DNA of 59,293 nucleotides, taken from positions 1 to 59,293 of the forward strand of contig JBEKVE010000004.1 of NCBI GenBank assembly GCA_049514335.1, written 5' to 3'. Source of the stretch: Acidimicrobiales bacterium (GTDB lineage: Bacteria > Actinomycetota > Acidimicrobiia > Acidimicrobiales > UBA8190). The notes under the pieces are model-generated. The model worked only from the letters and a program-made list of their open reading frames with translations. It searched no databases and was not told where the DNA came from. Below, piece after piece: positions 1 to 9,302 of the stretch. Position 1 is the first letter of the stretch. Each line of letters opens with the position of its first letter. The position numbers and the translations under genes are program-made.

Positions 1-288
1 GCCCACGGTACGAGACGCCCGGTCCGGGTCACCGAGGGCCTCGAGCATGGCGTCCGAGGCGCGCTGCCACTGGGTGGCGAGATCACCGTCGCCGTCCACC
101 TCGGCGGCGTCGGCGCCGTCGAGGTTGGCGAGCACCCGCACATGGGTGCTGATGACATGGACGACCACGTCGCGCGCCGTCCAGTCCGGGCAGGGGGAGG
201 GATCGGTCCAGTGCGTCGGGCCCACCGCCGCCAGACGGGCGCCGAAGCCGTGTGCGACCCGGGTGTAGCGGTCCTCGGTCTCGGACAT
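1..288 (-). CDS. DinB_2 / mycothiol-dependent maleylpyruvate-isomerase-like N-terminal domain protein (partial; 3' end lies outside the window)
   Basis: The minus-strand ATG is at 288-286. The translation MSETEDRYTRVAHGFGARLAAVGPTHWTDPSPCPDWTARDVVVHV... stays open to base 1. It is missing from the ORF track because it is truncated. Confidence 0.6.
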   Translation of the reverse strand, partial: MSETEDRYTRVAHGFGARLAAVGPTHWTDPSPCPDWTARDVVVHVISTHVRVLANLDGADAAEVDGDGDLATQWQRASDAMLEALGDPDRASRTVG

Positions 289-360
289 GGTGGCCCACGG
301 TAGCGGCCTCGTCATGACGGGGCCGATCGACGCGGGTGCGGGTCCTCGTCCGACCGCCGC

Positions 361-873
361 CTATGGCGTCGGGGGACGGGGTGGTCCGATGGTGGACGCC
401 GGCGGGCCGAAGCGCTGCACGTAGCGCGGATGCACCGACGCCCAGCGCTCCCCGGATGTGAACGCCGGCGCACTCCCGGTCAGGCCCGCCTCCAGGAGAT
501 CCAGGCACGTGTGCCACCCCGCCGCGTCGCGCGCCGCCTTGCCGAGCTCGTCGATGGTGTCGCTCAGCGTCAACGTGCAGGCCCGGTCGTCACCGGCCAG
601 CTCCAGACAGATGGTGTCGGTCCCCCACGCGAACTCGAGCAACGTCGGGGGCTCGACGCGCAGGACGTGTCCGGGGAACGACCCGTGCTCGGTGTCGAAG
701 GAGAGCGCCGCACCCGCCGTGAGCAGGTCACCGGTGATCGTCTGCGGGAACCAGGCGCGAAGCTGCTCCGGCCCGGTGAGCGCCCCCCACACCACATCGA
801 GCGGATGGGCCAGTCGGCGCGTGAAGCGCAGCTGCCATCGCCCTCCGCCCAGATCGTGGAGCTCACCCTCCAT
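361..873 (-). CDS. SRPBCC / AHSA1-like (activator of Hsp90 ATPase homolog) domain protein
   Basis: The internal Met of the 241-aa ORF begins MEGELHDLGGGRWQLRFTRRLAHPLDVVWGALTGPEQLRAWFP.... It overlaps the upstream ArsR gene by 11 nt, which is the classic ArsR-SRPBCC pairing. Confidence 0.75.
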   Translation of the reverse strand: MEGELHDLGGGRWQLRFTRRLAHPLDVVWGALTGPEQLRAWFPQTITGDLLTAGAALSFDTEHGSFPGHVLRVEPPTLLEFAWGTDTICLELAGDDRACTLTLSDTIDELGKAARDAAGWHTCLDLLEAGLTGSAPAFTSGERWASVHPRYVQRFGPPASTIGPPRPPTP

Positions 874-1228
874 GGGTGGGACCTCCGGTGGACCCGTGTC
901 CCCGCACCGTCGCTCCGGGGGTGGGGCCTGCTCGACTGTCGAGGTGGCGCTCCAGGGCGTCGAGCCCCGACGACCACATGCTGCGGTACGGCGCCAGCCA
1001 GTCGTCGATCTCGCGTAACGGGCCGGGCAGGGTCCGGTAGAGGCGTCGCTGGGCATCGACGCGGCACTCGACCAGGCCGGCGTCACGCAGCACCCGGAGG
1101 TGCTTGGACACCGCCGGCTGGCTCACGGCGACGGCGCTCACCAGGTCGCCCACGGCCTGCTCACGATCACGCAGGAGATCCATGATGCGGCGTCGAGTCG
1201 GCTCGGCCAGCACCTCGAACGCCGTCAT
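863..1228 (-). CDS. ArsR/SmtB-family winged-helix transcriptional regulator
   Basis: The product begins MTAFEVLAEPTRRRIMDLL...VGDLVSAVAVSQPAVSKHLRVLRDAGLV. This is a typical ArsR HTH signature. Confidence 0.88.
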   Translation of the reverse strand: MTAFEVLAEPTRRRIMDLLRDREQAVGDLVSAVAVSQPAVSKHLRVLRDAGLVECRVDAQRRLYRTLPGPLREIDDWLAPYRSMWSSGLDALERHLDSRAGPTPGATVRGHGSTGGPTHGG

Positions 1229-1370
1229 CCCCGAAGCATGCAGGAGCAGTTATATGCCTGTCAACGGATAGAAGCACGTCGGCGGGCTGTTCATGGTGGA
1301 GGAAGCGGCCCTTCTGCCCACTCAGCGTCACAGCTAGGATGCTCGGGCTCACTCCACGTGGGGATGGGAG

Positions 1371-2963
1371 GTGCGCATGGGGGGGCGGCTCTCGGGACGG
1401 AAGCCGGCCGGGCACCGACGCCACGCACGGCGGCGTTCGACCCGGTTGGCGAAGGCGGGCGCGACCGCGCTCGTGGTGCTGTGCACCACGGCGGTGGTGG
1501 GTGCCGTGTCGTGGACGTCGGGGTCACCGGCCGGAGCCGCCACCGCCACCGGCGTGGCCGTCCACGACGCCCCCGTCGACCCCGCCGTCAATCCCGCCCT
1601 CAATCTTCCCTACGCCTACTCGAGCGCGCTCGCCGCCGTCGACGCCGGCAGGGCCGTCGACGGCCTGGGCCCGCTCAACACGACCGGCTTCCGCCGCCTC
1701 ACCGCCGAGCAGGAACTGTTCGTCGTGATCAACCTCGAGCGCGTGGCCCGTGGGCTTTCTCCGGTGGAGGAGCTGACGACATCGCTCGACGCGCTGGCCC
1801 AGGCCGGCGCGGACTCGTTGCAGGACCCCGTCGCCCCCGGACCGACGGGCACCTCGTACTGGAGCGGTGGCATCGAGGCAGGCGTGTCGGACCCGTTGCT
1901 GGCGGATTTCGGGTGGATGTACGAGGACGGCTGCGACATGGTGGCGGCGCAAGCCATCGTCAACACAGATTGCGACGCCTCGCCGCCGGTGCCGTGGGGG
2001 CACCGCGACACCATCCTGTACGACTTCGTGGCGTCGGGGAGCGACTGCTCGTCGCTCATGGGGGCGGCCGAGGGCCAGGGCGTGGCGTCAGTGGCGGTGG
2101 CGTTCTCCGACTACTGCGGGGCGCCGGCGCCGAGCGACGTCGTCTTCACATGGCCACAGGCCGAGGCGGTGATCGGGCTACCCCCATCCCCGGCGTGCGT
2201 GCCGCTGCAACGGACGCTCGGCTACCGGTCGGTGGCCTCGGACGGCGGTGTATTCGCCTTCGGGAACTATCCCTATTGCGGATCGATGGGGGGCGCACCC
2301 GTGACGGCGCCGGTGGTGGGCATGGCCACGACCCCCGACAAGGCGGGGTACTGGTTGGCCTCGTCGGACGGAGAGGTCTTCGCCTTCGGTGACGCCGTTC
2401 CCTACGGATCGATGGCGGGGTCGGCGTTGTCGCGTCCCATCGTGGGCATGGCCGCCGCTCCCTTCGGCAACGGCTACTGGCTGGTCGCCTCAGACGGGGG
2501 CATCTTCGCGTTCGGGAGCACCTACTTCTACGGCTCGATGGGCGGACAGCCACTGCGCGCCCCCATCGTGGGCATGGCCGTCGCTCCCTTCGGGCTCGGC
2601 TACTGGCTCGTCGCCGCCGACGGGGGTGTGTTCGCCTTCGGCTCGGCCCGTTTCTACGGCTCGATGGGCGGCGTCCACCTGGACGCCCCCGTCGTGGGCA
2701 TGGCCGCCAGCCCCTTCGGGAGCGGGTACTGGCTGGTGGCCTCGGACGGCGGTGTGTTCGCCTTCGGCGACGCCCGCTACTACGGCTCGATGGGTGGCGT
2801 GGCGTTGACCCGGCCCGTGGTGGGCATGGCCGCTGCCCCCCTCGGCCTGGGGTACTGGCTGGTCGCCTCGGACGGCGGCGTGTTCGCCTTCGGCGACGGC
2901 GCCTTCTTCGGATCGACGGGCGGCACCGCCCTCGACCGGCCTGTCGTCGGCATCGCGGCCTGA
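1371..2963 (+). CDS. Membrane-anchored or secreted protein: CAP/SCP-like domain followed by six 42-aa 'GYWLVASDGGVFAFG' repeats (putative beta-propeller)
   Basis: The N terminus has a basic stretch plus a hydrophobic segment (ATALVVLCTTAVVGAV). A CAP-like stretch follows (VVINLERVARGLSPV...GHRDTIL). Six tandem repeats then run to the stop. The start is GTG 1371 or ATG 1377, after GGGAGG. Confidence 0.8.
   Translation: MRMGGRLSGRKPAGHRRHARRRSTRLAKAGATALVVLCTTAVVGAVSWTSGSPAGAATATGVAVHDAPVDPAVNPALNLPYAYSSALAAVDAGRAVDGLGPLNTTGFRRLTAEQELFVVINLERVARGLSPVEELTTSLDALAQAGADSLQDPVAPGPTGTSYWSGGIEAGVSDPLLADFGWMYEDGCDMVAAQAIVNTDCDASPPVPWGHRDTILYDFVASGSDCSSLMGAAEGQGVASVAVAFSDYCGAPAPSDVVFTWPQAEAVIGLPPSPACVPLQRTLGYRSVASDGGVFAFGNYPYCGSMGGAPVTAPVVGMATTPDKAGYWLASSDGEVFAFGDAVPYGSMAGSALSRPIVGMAAAPFGNGYWLVASDGGIFAFGSTYFYGSMGGQPLRAPIVGMAVAPFGLGYWLVAADGGVFAFGSARFYGSMGGVHLDAPVVGMAASPFGSGYWLVASDGGVFAFGDARYYGSMGGVALTRPVVGMAAAPLGLGYWLVASDGGVFAFGDGAFFGSTGGTALDRPVVGIAA
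2220..2960 (+). repeat. Six tandem 126-bp coding repeats (five full and one 37-aa copy) inside the CDS 1371..2963
   Basis: Each unit reads GY(W/R)L(V/A)ASDG(G/E)(V/I)FAFG-x5-G(S)MGG-x5-P(V/I)VG(M/I)A-x6. The repeats are clearly visible at nucleotide level (ggctactggctggtcgcctc.gacgg...). Confidence 0.9.
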
Positions 2964-2982
2964 GCCCCGCAGACGGCGCGCC

Positions 2983-3456
2983 TCAGCGCCCTGTCGTCCC
3001 GTCGACCAGCTCGCGCAGGATGTCGGCGTGGCCGGCGTGGCGGGCCGTCTCCTCGAGGAGGTGGGCGAGCACCCAGCGCAGGTTGACCGCAGCCTCTTCC
3101 CCGACATCGGCGCAGGGGGCGTCGAGACCGGCGCCCTCCACCACGGCGTCCACCGTCTGCCACATGCGGCGGTAGGCCTCCACCGCCCCGGCCACCGTTT
3201 CGTGGGGGCCGGGCTCGTCCGCGGGTGGCTCGGCGGCTTCACCGGCGAAGCGGCGCAGTACCCACGTCGCCTCCGCCCGGGTCATGTGCGTGATCAACCA
3301 CAGCAGCGTGGTGGCACTGCCCACGAACCGACGTCTCGCCTCCTGCTCGCTCACGCCCGTGACCTTGCGCACCAGGGACTCGCGTTGGTACTGCAGCAGG
3401 GCTACGAGCATCTGTCGCTCGTCAGCGAGGAGACGGGGGGGCTTGTGGTCCGTCAC
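2983..3456 (-). CDS. DinB-family / DUF664 (mycothiol-transferase-like) protein
   Basis: The product reads MTDHKPPRLLADERQMLVALLQYQRESLVRKVTGVSEQEA...LAHLLEETARHAGHADILRE. This is a typical DUF664 four-helix-bundle signature. Confidence 0.75.
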   Translation of the reverse strand: MTDHKPPRLLADERQMLVALLQYQRESLVRKVTGVSEQEARRRFVGSATTLLWLITHMTRAEATWVLRRFAGEAAEPPADEPGPHETVAGAVEAYRRMWQTVDAVVEGAGLDAPCADVGEEAAVNLRWVLAHLLEETARHAGHADILRELVDGTTGR

Positions 3457-3491
3457 GTGGGCATTCTACGAATCGTGCCAAGCTCACGACC

Positions 3492-4586
3492 ATGGTGACA
3501 GGGGTGCCGCCCCGCCGTGTCGTGCTGGCCTCGGGGTCGGCGGCGCGGCTGCGGGTCCTGCGCGACGCCGGCATCGATCCCGAGGTGGCGGTGAGCGGCG
3601 TGGACGAGGTGGTGGACACCACAGACGTCCGGGAGGCCGTCGCCGTCCTGGCCGAGCGCAAGGCGTCGGCGGTGGCCGACGGCCGGCACGCCCCCCTCGT
3701 CCTCGGATGCGACTCGCTCCTCGAGATCGACGGGGCGGCGGTGGGAAAGCCCGCCACACCCGCAGCGGCCGTGGCGATGTGGGAGATGACGGCCGGGCGC
3801 GACGCGCTGCTCCACACCGGGCAGTGCCTGATCGACACCCGCTCGGGCGAGCGTCGCCGCGCCGTGGCCTCGGCAGTGGTGCACTTCGGCACGCCCTCGG
3901 CCGACGACGTCGCCGCCTACGTCGCCAGCGGCGAGCCGCTGGCCCTGGCGGGTGGGTTCAGCATCGAGGGCCTCGGTGCTCCGTTCGTGGCGGGCATCGA
4001 CGGCAATCCGGGCACCGTGCTCGGCCTGTCGATGCCCCTGTTCGCCTCGATGCTCACGGAGCTGGGGATGTCGGTCACCGACCTGTGGCGGCGACGGGTC
4101 GATCCGGTCGTGCGCCAGCTGGCCGCCACCGATGGGCCATGGCTCGCCGCCGTGGTCCGCCGGCGGTGGGGGCTGCCGGTGCTGAGCACGAGCGGCGCCC
4201 ACGACCCGACTCGCCTGGCGGGATTCGTGGTCGAGGAGGACGGCGAGCGATCGGGAGTGCTCACCTACCGCGTCGATGGCGCCGGCATCGAGGTGGTGAC
4301 GCTCGACAGCCTCGTCCCCGGACACGGGGTGGGTTCGGCTCTCCTCGCCGCCGCGTCCGACCTGGCCCGGCGGCGCGGTGTGCGTCTGTGGCTCGTCACC
4401 ACCAACGACAACCTGCGCTCCCTCGCCTTCTACCAGCGGCGGGGCATGGACATCGTCGCCCTGCACCGTGGCTTCGCCGATGAGGTGCGTCGCAGCAAGT
4501 CAGAGCTACCTGGCGCCGTCGACGGCATCGCCGTTCACCACGCCCTCGAGCTCGAGTTGCTCCCGGACCGGCGCGCTCGGGGGTGA
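3492..4586 (+). CDS. Fusion protein: N-terminal Maf-like nucleoside-triphosphate pyrophosphatase plus C-terminal GNAT acetyltransferase
   Basis: Residues 1 to about 195 carry Maf motifs (VVLASGSAARLRVL..., LGCDSLLEIDG..GKP, GGFSIEG.G). Residues from about 210 to 364 look like GNAT (GHGVGSALLAAASDLARRRGVRLWLVTTNDNLRSLAFYQRRGM). There is no stop between the two parts. Confidence 0.75.
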   Translation: MVTGVPPRRVVLASGSAARLRVLRDAGIDPEVAVSGVDEVVDTTDVREAVAVLAERKASAVADGRHAPLVLGCDSLLEIDGAAVGKPATPAAAVAMWEMTAGRDALLHTGQCLIDTRSGERRRAVASAVVHFGTPSADDVAAYVASGEPLALAGGFSIEGLGAPFVAGIDGNPGTVLGLSMPLFASMLTELGMSVTDLWRRRVDPVVRQLAATDGPWLAAVVRRRWGLPVLSTSGAHDPTRLAGFVVEEDGERSGVLTYRVDGAGIEVVTLDSLVPGHGVGSALLAAASDLARRRGVRLWLVTTNDNLRSLAFYQRRGMDIVALHRGFADEVRRSKSELPGAVDGIAVHHALELELLPDRRARG

Positions 4587-4611
4587 GCCGGGCGGTCAAG
4601 AAGCTGTCAGG

Positions 4612-4914
4612 TCAGTGAAACAGCGACTGGCCGTAGGTGCTGCACAGACCGAATGCCTCGATGATGAGGAACGACGCCACGAGCCCCAGGACCACCATCC
4701 GGCTCACACGCCCCAGGTGGCGCGCCCGGGCCGGCGCCATGTACCACGCAGGAAGCGGTGCGGCCGCCGTGGCCAGGTAGAGGTCGAAGGGGACGGCGTC
4801 GGCGTCGAGGGGGGCGTCCGGATCGGCGGCGAGCGCCAGCGCCGTCAGCTCGTCGTCGGACAGTTCGACAGGTTCGAGCGCTGCGGCAGCGGATTCGACC
4901 ACGGACTCGGGCAT
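4612..4914 (-). CDS. Hypothetical small membrane protein
   Basis: This 100-aa ORF has an acidic N-terminal half and one C-terminal TM helix (MVVLGLVASFLIIEAFGLC). It fits the gap between neighbouring genes. Confidence 0.5.
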   Translation of the reverse strand: MPESVVESAAAALEPVELSDDELTALALAADPDAPLDADAVPFDLYLATAAAPLPAWYMAPARARHLGRVSRMVVLGLVASFLIIEAFGLCSTYGQSLFH

Positions 4915-4975
4915 ACCGTCATTCTATGCGCCGCCCCCCTCGGGACCGGGTCGGGTCGGAACCCCGCCCTGGCAC

Positions 4976-5857
4976 CTAGCGCGGGGCGAGGACGCGGGCC
5001 ACGTCGAGAAGCCCCGGGGTGTGACGCGCTTCCCACACGCAGCGGGCGAAGAGCCACAGACGCAGCCGCTGTGCGTCGAGGTCGAGCAGGTCGGCGAGCC
5101 GGGCCACCAAGGCGTCCGGTCGGCTCGACAGGCGCGCCGGGCAGTTGAGCATGTGCTGGAGGGCGTCGTAGGCCGGGTCACCCACGAACGGCTTGGGGTC
5201 GATGACGAGCCACGGCTCGCGCCGTGCGGCGAGGACGTTCCCGGCGTGCAGGTCGGTGCACAGCAGCACCGCGTCCCCGGCCGTGGCAGGAAGCTCGCGC
5301 AACAGCTCCACGGCTCGGCGCACGATCCCGGGATCGACCGCTTCCACCTGCCTCTGGGCCCCGTCCTCCAAGGCCGCCGCCCACGACTCGCACAGCGAAC
5401 GCAGCGAACCGAACACGTGGCCGGGCGGTGGCGCCCGCCACAACCGGGGGAGCAAGGCGGCGATCACGTCGTCCTGGCGGGGCTCGGGCAACGCCGACAG
5501 CGCCGTGCCCGGCGTGCAGCGCTCCACGAGCAGCGCCGCCGTGTCGTCGAAGCGCGCGTGGTCGTACAGCGTCACCGTGCCGTCGCCGTCCCAGAAGCGA
5601 AGGCCGTCCGCCTCGCTCTCGCCCTCCCGGTGTCGCCATCGCACCTTGAGGACAGCCTCGGTTCCGTCGGCGCCACGGGCGGGCGCGACCCAGGCGGTGC
5701 ATCCGCCGGGCTGGAAGGGGGGACCCACCGACAGCGACCAGCGCCGCGCCAGCGCCTCCACCGTGGCCGGGAGCGACGCCAGCCATGCCTCGAAGCCGTA
5801 GCGCTGCGCCCCCGCCACGAGATTGGCGGGCAGGGCGAGGGGCTCCACGGTCGCCAT
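4976..5857 (-). CDS. Aminoglycoside/streptomycin-6-kinase-like phosphotransferase (APH fold)
   Basis: The internal Met at 5857 begins MATVEPLALPANL.... Kinase motifs are present: LLCTDLHAGNVLAARREPWLVIDPKPFVGDPAYD (HxxN...IDP). The longer 358-aa ORF is an upstream extension. Confidence 0.75.
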   Translation of the reverse strand: MATVEPLALPANLVAGAQRYGFEAWLASLPATVEALARRWSLSVGPPFQPGGCTAWVAPARGADGTEAVLKVRWRHREGESEADGLRFWDGDGTVTLYDHARFDDTAALLVERCTPGTALSALPEPRQDDVIAALLPRLWRAPPPGHVFGSLRSLCESWAAALEDGAQRQVEAVDPGIVRRAVELLRELPATAGDAVLLCTDLHAGNVLAARREPWLVIDPKPFVGDPAYDALQHMLNCPARLSSRPDALVARLADLLDLDAQRLRLWLFARCVWEARHTPGLLDVARVLAPR

Positions 5858-5960
5858 TGGACCACGGCGCAGCCGCACCTTCCTAGAGTGACGGCGTCGC
5901 GGCCTGCGGTTGCCCGCAGCGGAAGACGACGACACCGTACGACCACCACAGGAGGAACCC

Positions 5961-6485
5961 ATGGGCAGCCTCGAGGATCTCATGACGGAGGTGGCAGCGC
6001 TGCGGACCCGGGTGGCGGTGACCGAAGGCGTCCTCGCCGTGCAGGCGCTCAAGGCGCGCTACGCCGAGCTCGTCGATCTGCGTTTCTCCGGCGGAGACGT
6101 CGTCGACGCGGACACGCTGCGCGCCGTGGCTGAGGCGGTGGCCGCCCTGTTCACCCCGGACGGGGTATGGGACGGCGGCCCGTCGCTCGGAGCGGTGGTG
6201 GGCCGCGACGCCATCGCGGCGCGGCTGGCCGACCCTACCCTCGTGTTCTCGCGTCACCTGTTCGTCAACCCCCGCATCACGGTGGATGCGGGCGGTGTGA
6301 CGGCCACCGGGCGTTGGGACCTGCTCAGCCCGTGCCGCCGGCCCGACGGGTCCTCGTACTGGATGTGCGGCTACGAGAACGACGAGTACGCCCTGATCGA
6401 CGGGGCCTGGCTCCACCGTTCCATGAAGCTCACGACCGTCTTCATGTCTCGCGTGGGCGGAGGGTGGACGAAGATCCTCGTGTGA
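5961..6485 (+). CDS. SnoaL-like / NTF2-fold protein
   Basis: A GGAGGA sits 4 nt upstream of ATG 5961. The product reads MGSLEDLMTEVAALRTRVAVTEGVLAVQALKARYAELVD.... Confidence 0.6.
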   Translation: MGSLEDLMTEVAALRTRVAVTEGVLAVQALKARYAELVDLRFSGGDVVDADTLRAVAEAVAALFTPDGVWDGGPSLGAVVGRDAIAARLADPTLVFSRHLFVNPRITVDAGGVTATGRWDLLSPCRRPDGSSYWMCGYENDEYALIDGAWLHRSMKLTTVFMSRVGGGWTKILV

Positions 6486-6490
6486 GTCGG

Positions 6491-8113
6491 ATGGCCGTAT
6501 GGTTGACGGCCGTGCCACGACCGATCGGGCGCCGCCAGTTCCTGCGCGACACGGGGGCGGCCATCGCCTCGCTCGTCGCCCTGGGCCCGGCGGTGGCGGC
6601 GTGCGGGGGCACGACGGTCCGGTCGGCCAGCACGAGCACATCGCACCCCGGTTCGCCGCCCGCCGGGCCACCGCCGTGGGCAGCGCTGGCGGCGTCGCTG
6701 TCAGGACGGGTGGTCACCCCGGCCGATGCGGCCTACGTGACGGGCGCCCAGGTCTACAACGAGCGGTTCGACTCGATCCGCCCGGCTGCCATCGCCTACT
6801 GCGCCAGCGAGGGGGACGTCCAGCGGTCGGTCGAATTCGCCAGGCGTTTCGACGTGCCGCTGGCGGTTCGGTCGGGAGGGCACAGCTACGGGGGGTATTC
6901 GATCGGGGACGGTCTGGTGCTCGACGTCACGCTCATGGACAGTGTGACGCCAGGGGTCATGGGCGCGGCGGGGCAGGGCGTGGCCCGCGTCGGAGCCGGC
7001 GTCCGGCTGGTCGACATGTACAGCGCGCTTGCCGGCGCCGGGGTGACGGTGCCGGGTGGATCGTGCCCCACCGTGGGGATCGCCGGGCTGGCGCTCGGGG
7101 GCGGCATCGGGGTCCTCGGGCGGAACTTCGGGCTCACGTGCGACAACGTGGCGTCGTTGCGGATGGTCACCGCCGACAGCCGGGTACTCACATGCGGTCC
7201 AGGTGAGAACGAGGACCTCTACTGGGCCAACCGCGGGGGAGGTGGCGGCAACTTCGGCGTCGTGACGTCCTTCGTGTTCACCACCCACCCGCTGCCGGAC
7301 CTGGCGCTGTTCACGCTGGAGTGGCCGTGGTCGGCGGCGGCCGAGGCGTTGGGGTCATGGCAGGACTGGATCGGTGGGACCCCCGACGAGCTGTGGTCGA
7401 ACTGCCAGCTCCTGTCGGAGGGGAGCGCCGGCGCCAAGCTCCGCGTGACCGGCGTCTTCTGCGGGGACGTGGGCCCCCTGGCGGCACAGCTCCAACCCCT
7501 GGAGCGCTCCATAGGCACACCCAGCTACCGCTTCGTCGGCCCCGAGTCGTTCGTGGCCGGGATGCTCATCGAAGCGGGGTGCGAGGACCTGTCCGTGGCG
7601 CAGTGCCACCTGCCGACGCAGAACCCCGGCGGCATGCTCGATCGTTCGACCTTCGCCGTGAAGTCGTCGTTCATCGACGCTGCGCTCCCCGATGCCGGGA
7701 TCACAGCGGTGGTGGACGCCATCGGCGGCTTCCAGGACCACGCCCCGGGACTCGGGGGAGCGGTGGTGTTCGACGCGTTCGGTGGCGCCGTGGGCCGCGT
7801 GGCCCCGGATGCCACCGCCTTCGTCCACCGACGCGCCCTGGCCGACATCGAGATGAGCGTGACGTGGTCGAGCGCAGCGGTCTCCCCGCAGTCCGACGCC
7901 GCCACGGCCTGGCTGGCGGACACGGCGGAGGCGCTCGAGCCCTACGCCAGCGGGTCGTACCAGAACTACATCGACCCCACCCTCGAGGACTGGCAGACGG
8001 CGTACTACGGATCGAATCTCGAGCGGCTCGTGCAGGTCAAGCGGGGGGTGGACCCCGACGGTGTGTTCCGCTTCGCCCAGTCGATCCCCACCGCCACGTC
8101 GCCGTCGCGGTGA
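6491..8113 (+). CDS. Tat-exported (possibly lipoprotein) FAD-linked oxidase with a berberine-bridge-enzyme-like C terminus
   Basis: The N terminus is MAVWLTAVPRPIGRRQFLRDTGAAIASLVALGPAVAACGG, with a twin-arginine motif and a lipobox-like AAC. An FAD PCMH-type region is present (RSGGHSY.G). The C-terminal motif is YQNYIDP....YYG.N..RL..VK...DP..VF.F.QSI. Confidence 0.85.
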   Translation: MAVWLTAVPRPIGRRQFLRDTGAAIASLVALGPAVAACGGTTVRSASTSTSHPGSPPAGPPPWAALAASLSGRVVTPADAAYVTGAQVYNERFDSIRPAAIAYCASEGDVQRSVEFARRFDVPLAVRSGGHSYGGYSIGDGLVLDVTLMDSVTPGVMGAAGQGVARVGAGVRLVDMYSALAGAGVTVPGGSCPTVGIAGLALGGGIGVLGRNFGLTCDNVASLRMVTADSRVLTCGPGENEDLYWANRGGGGGNFGVVTSFVFTTHPLPDLALFTLEWPWSAAAEALGSWQDWIGGTPDELWSNCQLLSEGSAGAKLRVTGVFCGDVGPLAAQLQPLERSIGTPSYRFVGPESFVAGMLIEAGCEDLSVAQCHLPTQNPGGMLDRSTFAVKSSFIDAALPDAGITAVVDAIGGFQDHAPGLGGAVVFDAFGGAVGRVAPDATAFVHRRALADIEMSVTWSSAAVSPQSDAATAWLADTAEALEPYASGSYQNYIDPTLEDWQTAYYGSNLERLVQVKRGVDPDGVFRFAQSIPTATSPSR

Positions 8114-8165
8114 CGAGCCGGACCCCTGGCACCGACGTGTGGGCCGGCCGTACACTGGCCGCACC

Positions 8166-9302
8166 GTGACAACCATCATCGACTCGGACCAGCATCTGTA
8201 CGAGTCCCGCACCTTGTGGGCGGACCACATCGACCCGGCCCATCGGCACGAGGCGCTGGCCATCGTCGACGACGAGCTCGGGTACCCGTGGCTCACGTGG
8301 GGCGACCGGCGCCTGGACATGGCCGATGTGCAGCTTCCCGGCGACACCGTCACCTTGGGCCGTTACCGGGAGCGCTGCCGCCAGCACCTGCCACCGGAGT
8401 ACGACTACGACGAAGCGCTGCCGCCCGAGTACTGGGACCCCGCGGCGCGCCTCGGACACCTCGCTGCGCTCGGTCTCGACGAGGCGGTCCTCTTCCCGAA
8501 TTTCGGCCTGCTGTGGGAGCGCCGGCTCTCGGGGTCGCTGCGGGCGCTCACGGCCAACATGGCGGCGTGGAACCGTTGGTGCGCGACGGTGGTGAGCGAA
8601 GGTGGAGGCCGGCTGCATCCGGTGGCCCATCTCACCCTGCGCGATCCGGCGTGGCTCGAGGCTCAGCTGGCGGAGTTGTCGGCGGCCGGCGTGCGTCTCG
8701 GCATGATCGCGCCGGCGGCGGTCGACGGCAGGCCCCTGTCGCACGCCGACCACGACCGGCTGTGGGACGCCTTCGCCGACCACGGCGTCACGCCCGTGTT
8801 CCACGTGGCCGATCAGCCACGCGTTCTCGACGAGGCGTTCTTCACCGATCCCGACGACAGCTTCGTCCCCGTCCTCGAGTCGGTGTTCATCTGGGTCCCG
8901 CCCGCCATCGCCGTCACGGACCTCATCGTGAACGGGACGCTGGCTCGCCACCCTGAGCTGCGCATCGGCATCGTGGAGCTGGCGTCGATCTGGGTGCCGC
9001 AGTACCTGCTCATGCTCGACGGGGGCTGGGACTTCACCTCGAGGCTCAACGGCCGGCCGCTCGCCTCCCTCGATCTCCGGCCGAGCGAGTATTTCCACCG
9101 CCAGGTGCGGGTGTCGTCGTTCTCCTACGAGCAACCCGTGCGGCTTGCGGGCAAGAGCGGCGACCTCTTCATGTGTTGCAGCGACTTCCCCCACTCGGAG
9201 GGCACGGCCACGCCCATCGGTGACTACGAGCGGTCGGGGTGCGCACCCGAGGGCCACGCCGGGCTGTTCCGCGACAACGTGTCGTTCCTGCTGCGCCAGT
9301 AG
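8166..9302 (+). CDS. Amidohydrolase-2 family (ACMSD-like) metal-dependent hydrolase
   Basis: The start is GTG 8166 (VTTIIDSDQHLYE...). The DxH at the N terminus and ...CCSDFPHSEG near the C terminus are typical of the amidohydrolase_2 family. Confidence 0.75.
   Translation: MTTIIDSDQHLYESRTLWADHIDPAHRHEALAIVDDELGYPWLTWGDRRLDMADVQLPGDTVTLGRYRERCRQHLPPEYDYDEALPPEYWDPAARLGHLAALGLDEAVLFPNFGLLWERRLSGSLRALTANMAAWNRWCATVVSEGGGRLHPVAHLTLRDPAWLEAQLAELSAAGVRLGMIAPAAVDGRPLSHADHDRLWDAFADHGVTPVFHVADQPRVLDEAFFTDPDDSFVPVLESVFIWVPPAIAVTDLIVNGTLARHPELRIGIVELASIWVPQYLLMLDGGWDFTSRLNGRPLASLDLRPSEYFHRQVRVSSFSYEQPVRLAGKSGDLFMCCSDFPHSEGTATPIGDYERSGCAPEGHAGLFRDNVSFLLRQ

Noticed and set aside
4976-5857. The APH(6)-like kinase and the beta-lactamase-fold gene (12592..13770) could have been called antibiotic-resistance determinants.
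   Set aside because: Fold-level motifs (HxxN..D, SxxK) are shared with many housekeeping kinases, esterases and PBP-like enzymes. Without homology searches or phenotypes, a resistance call is unsupported.
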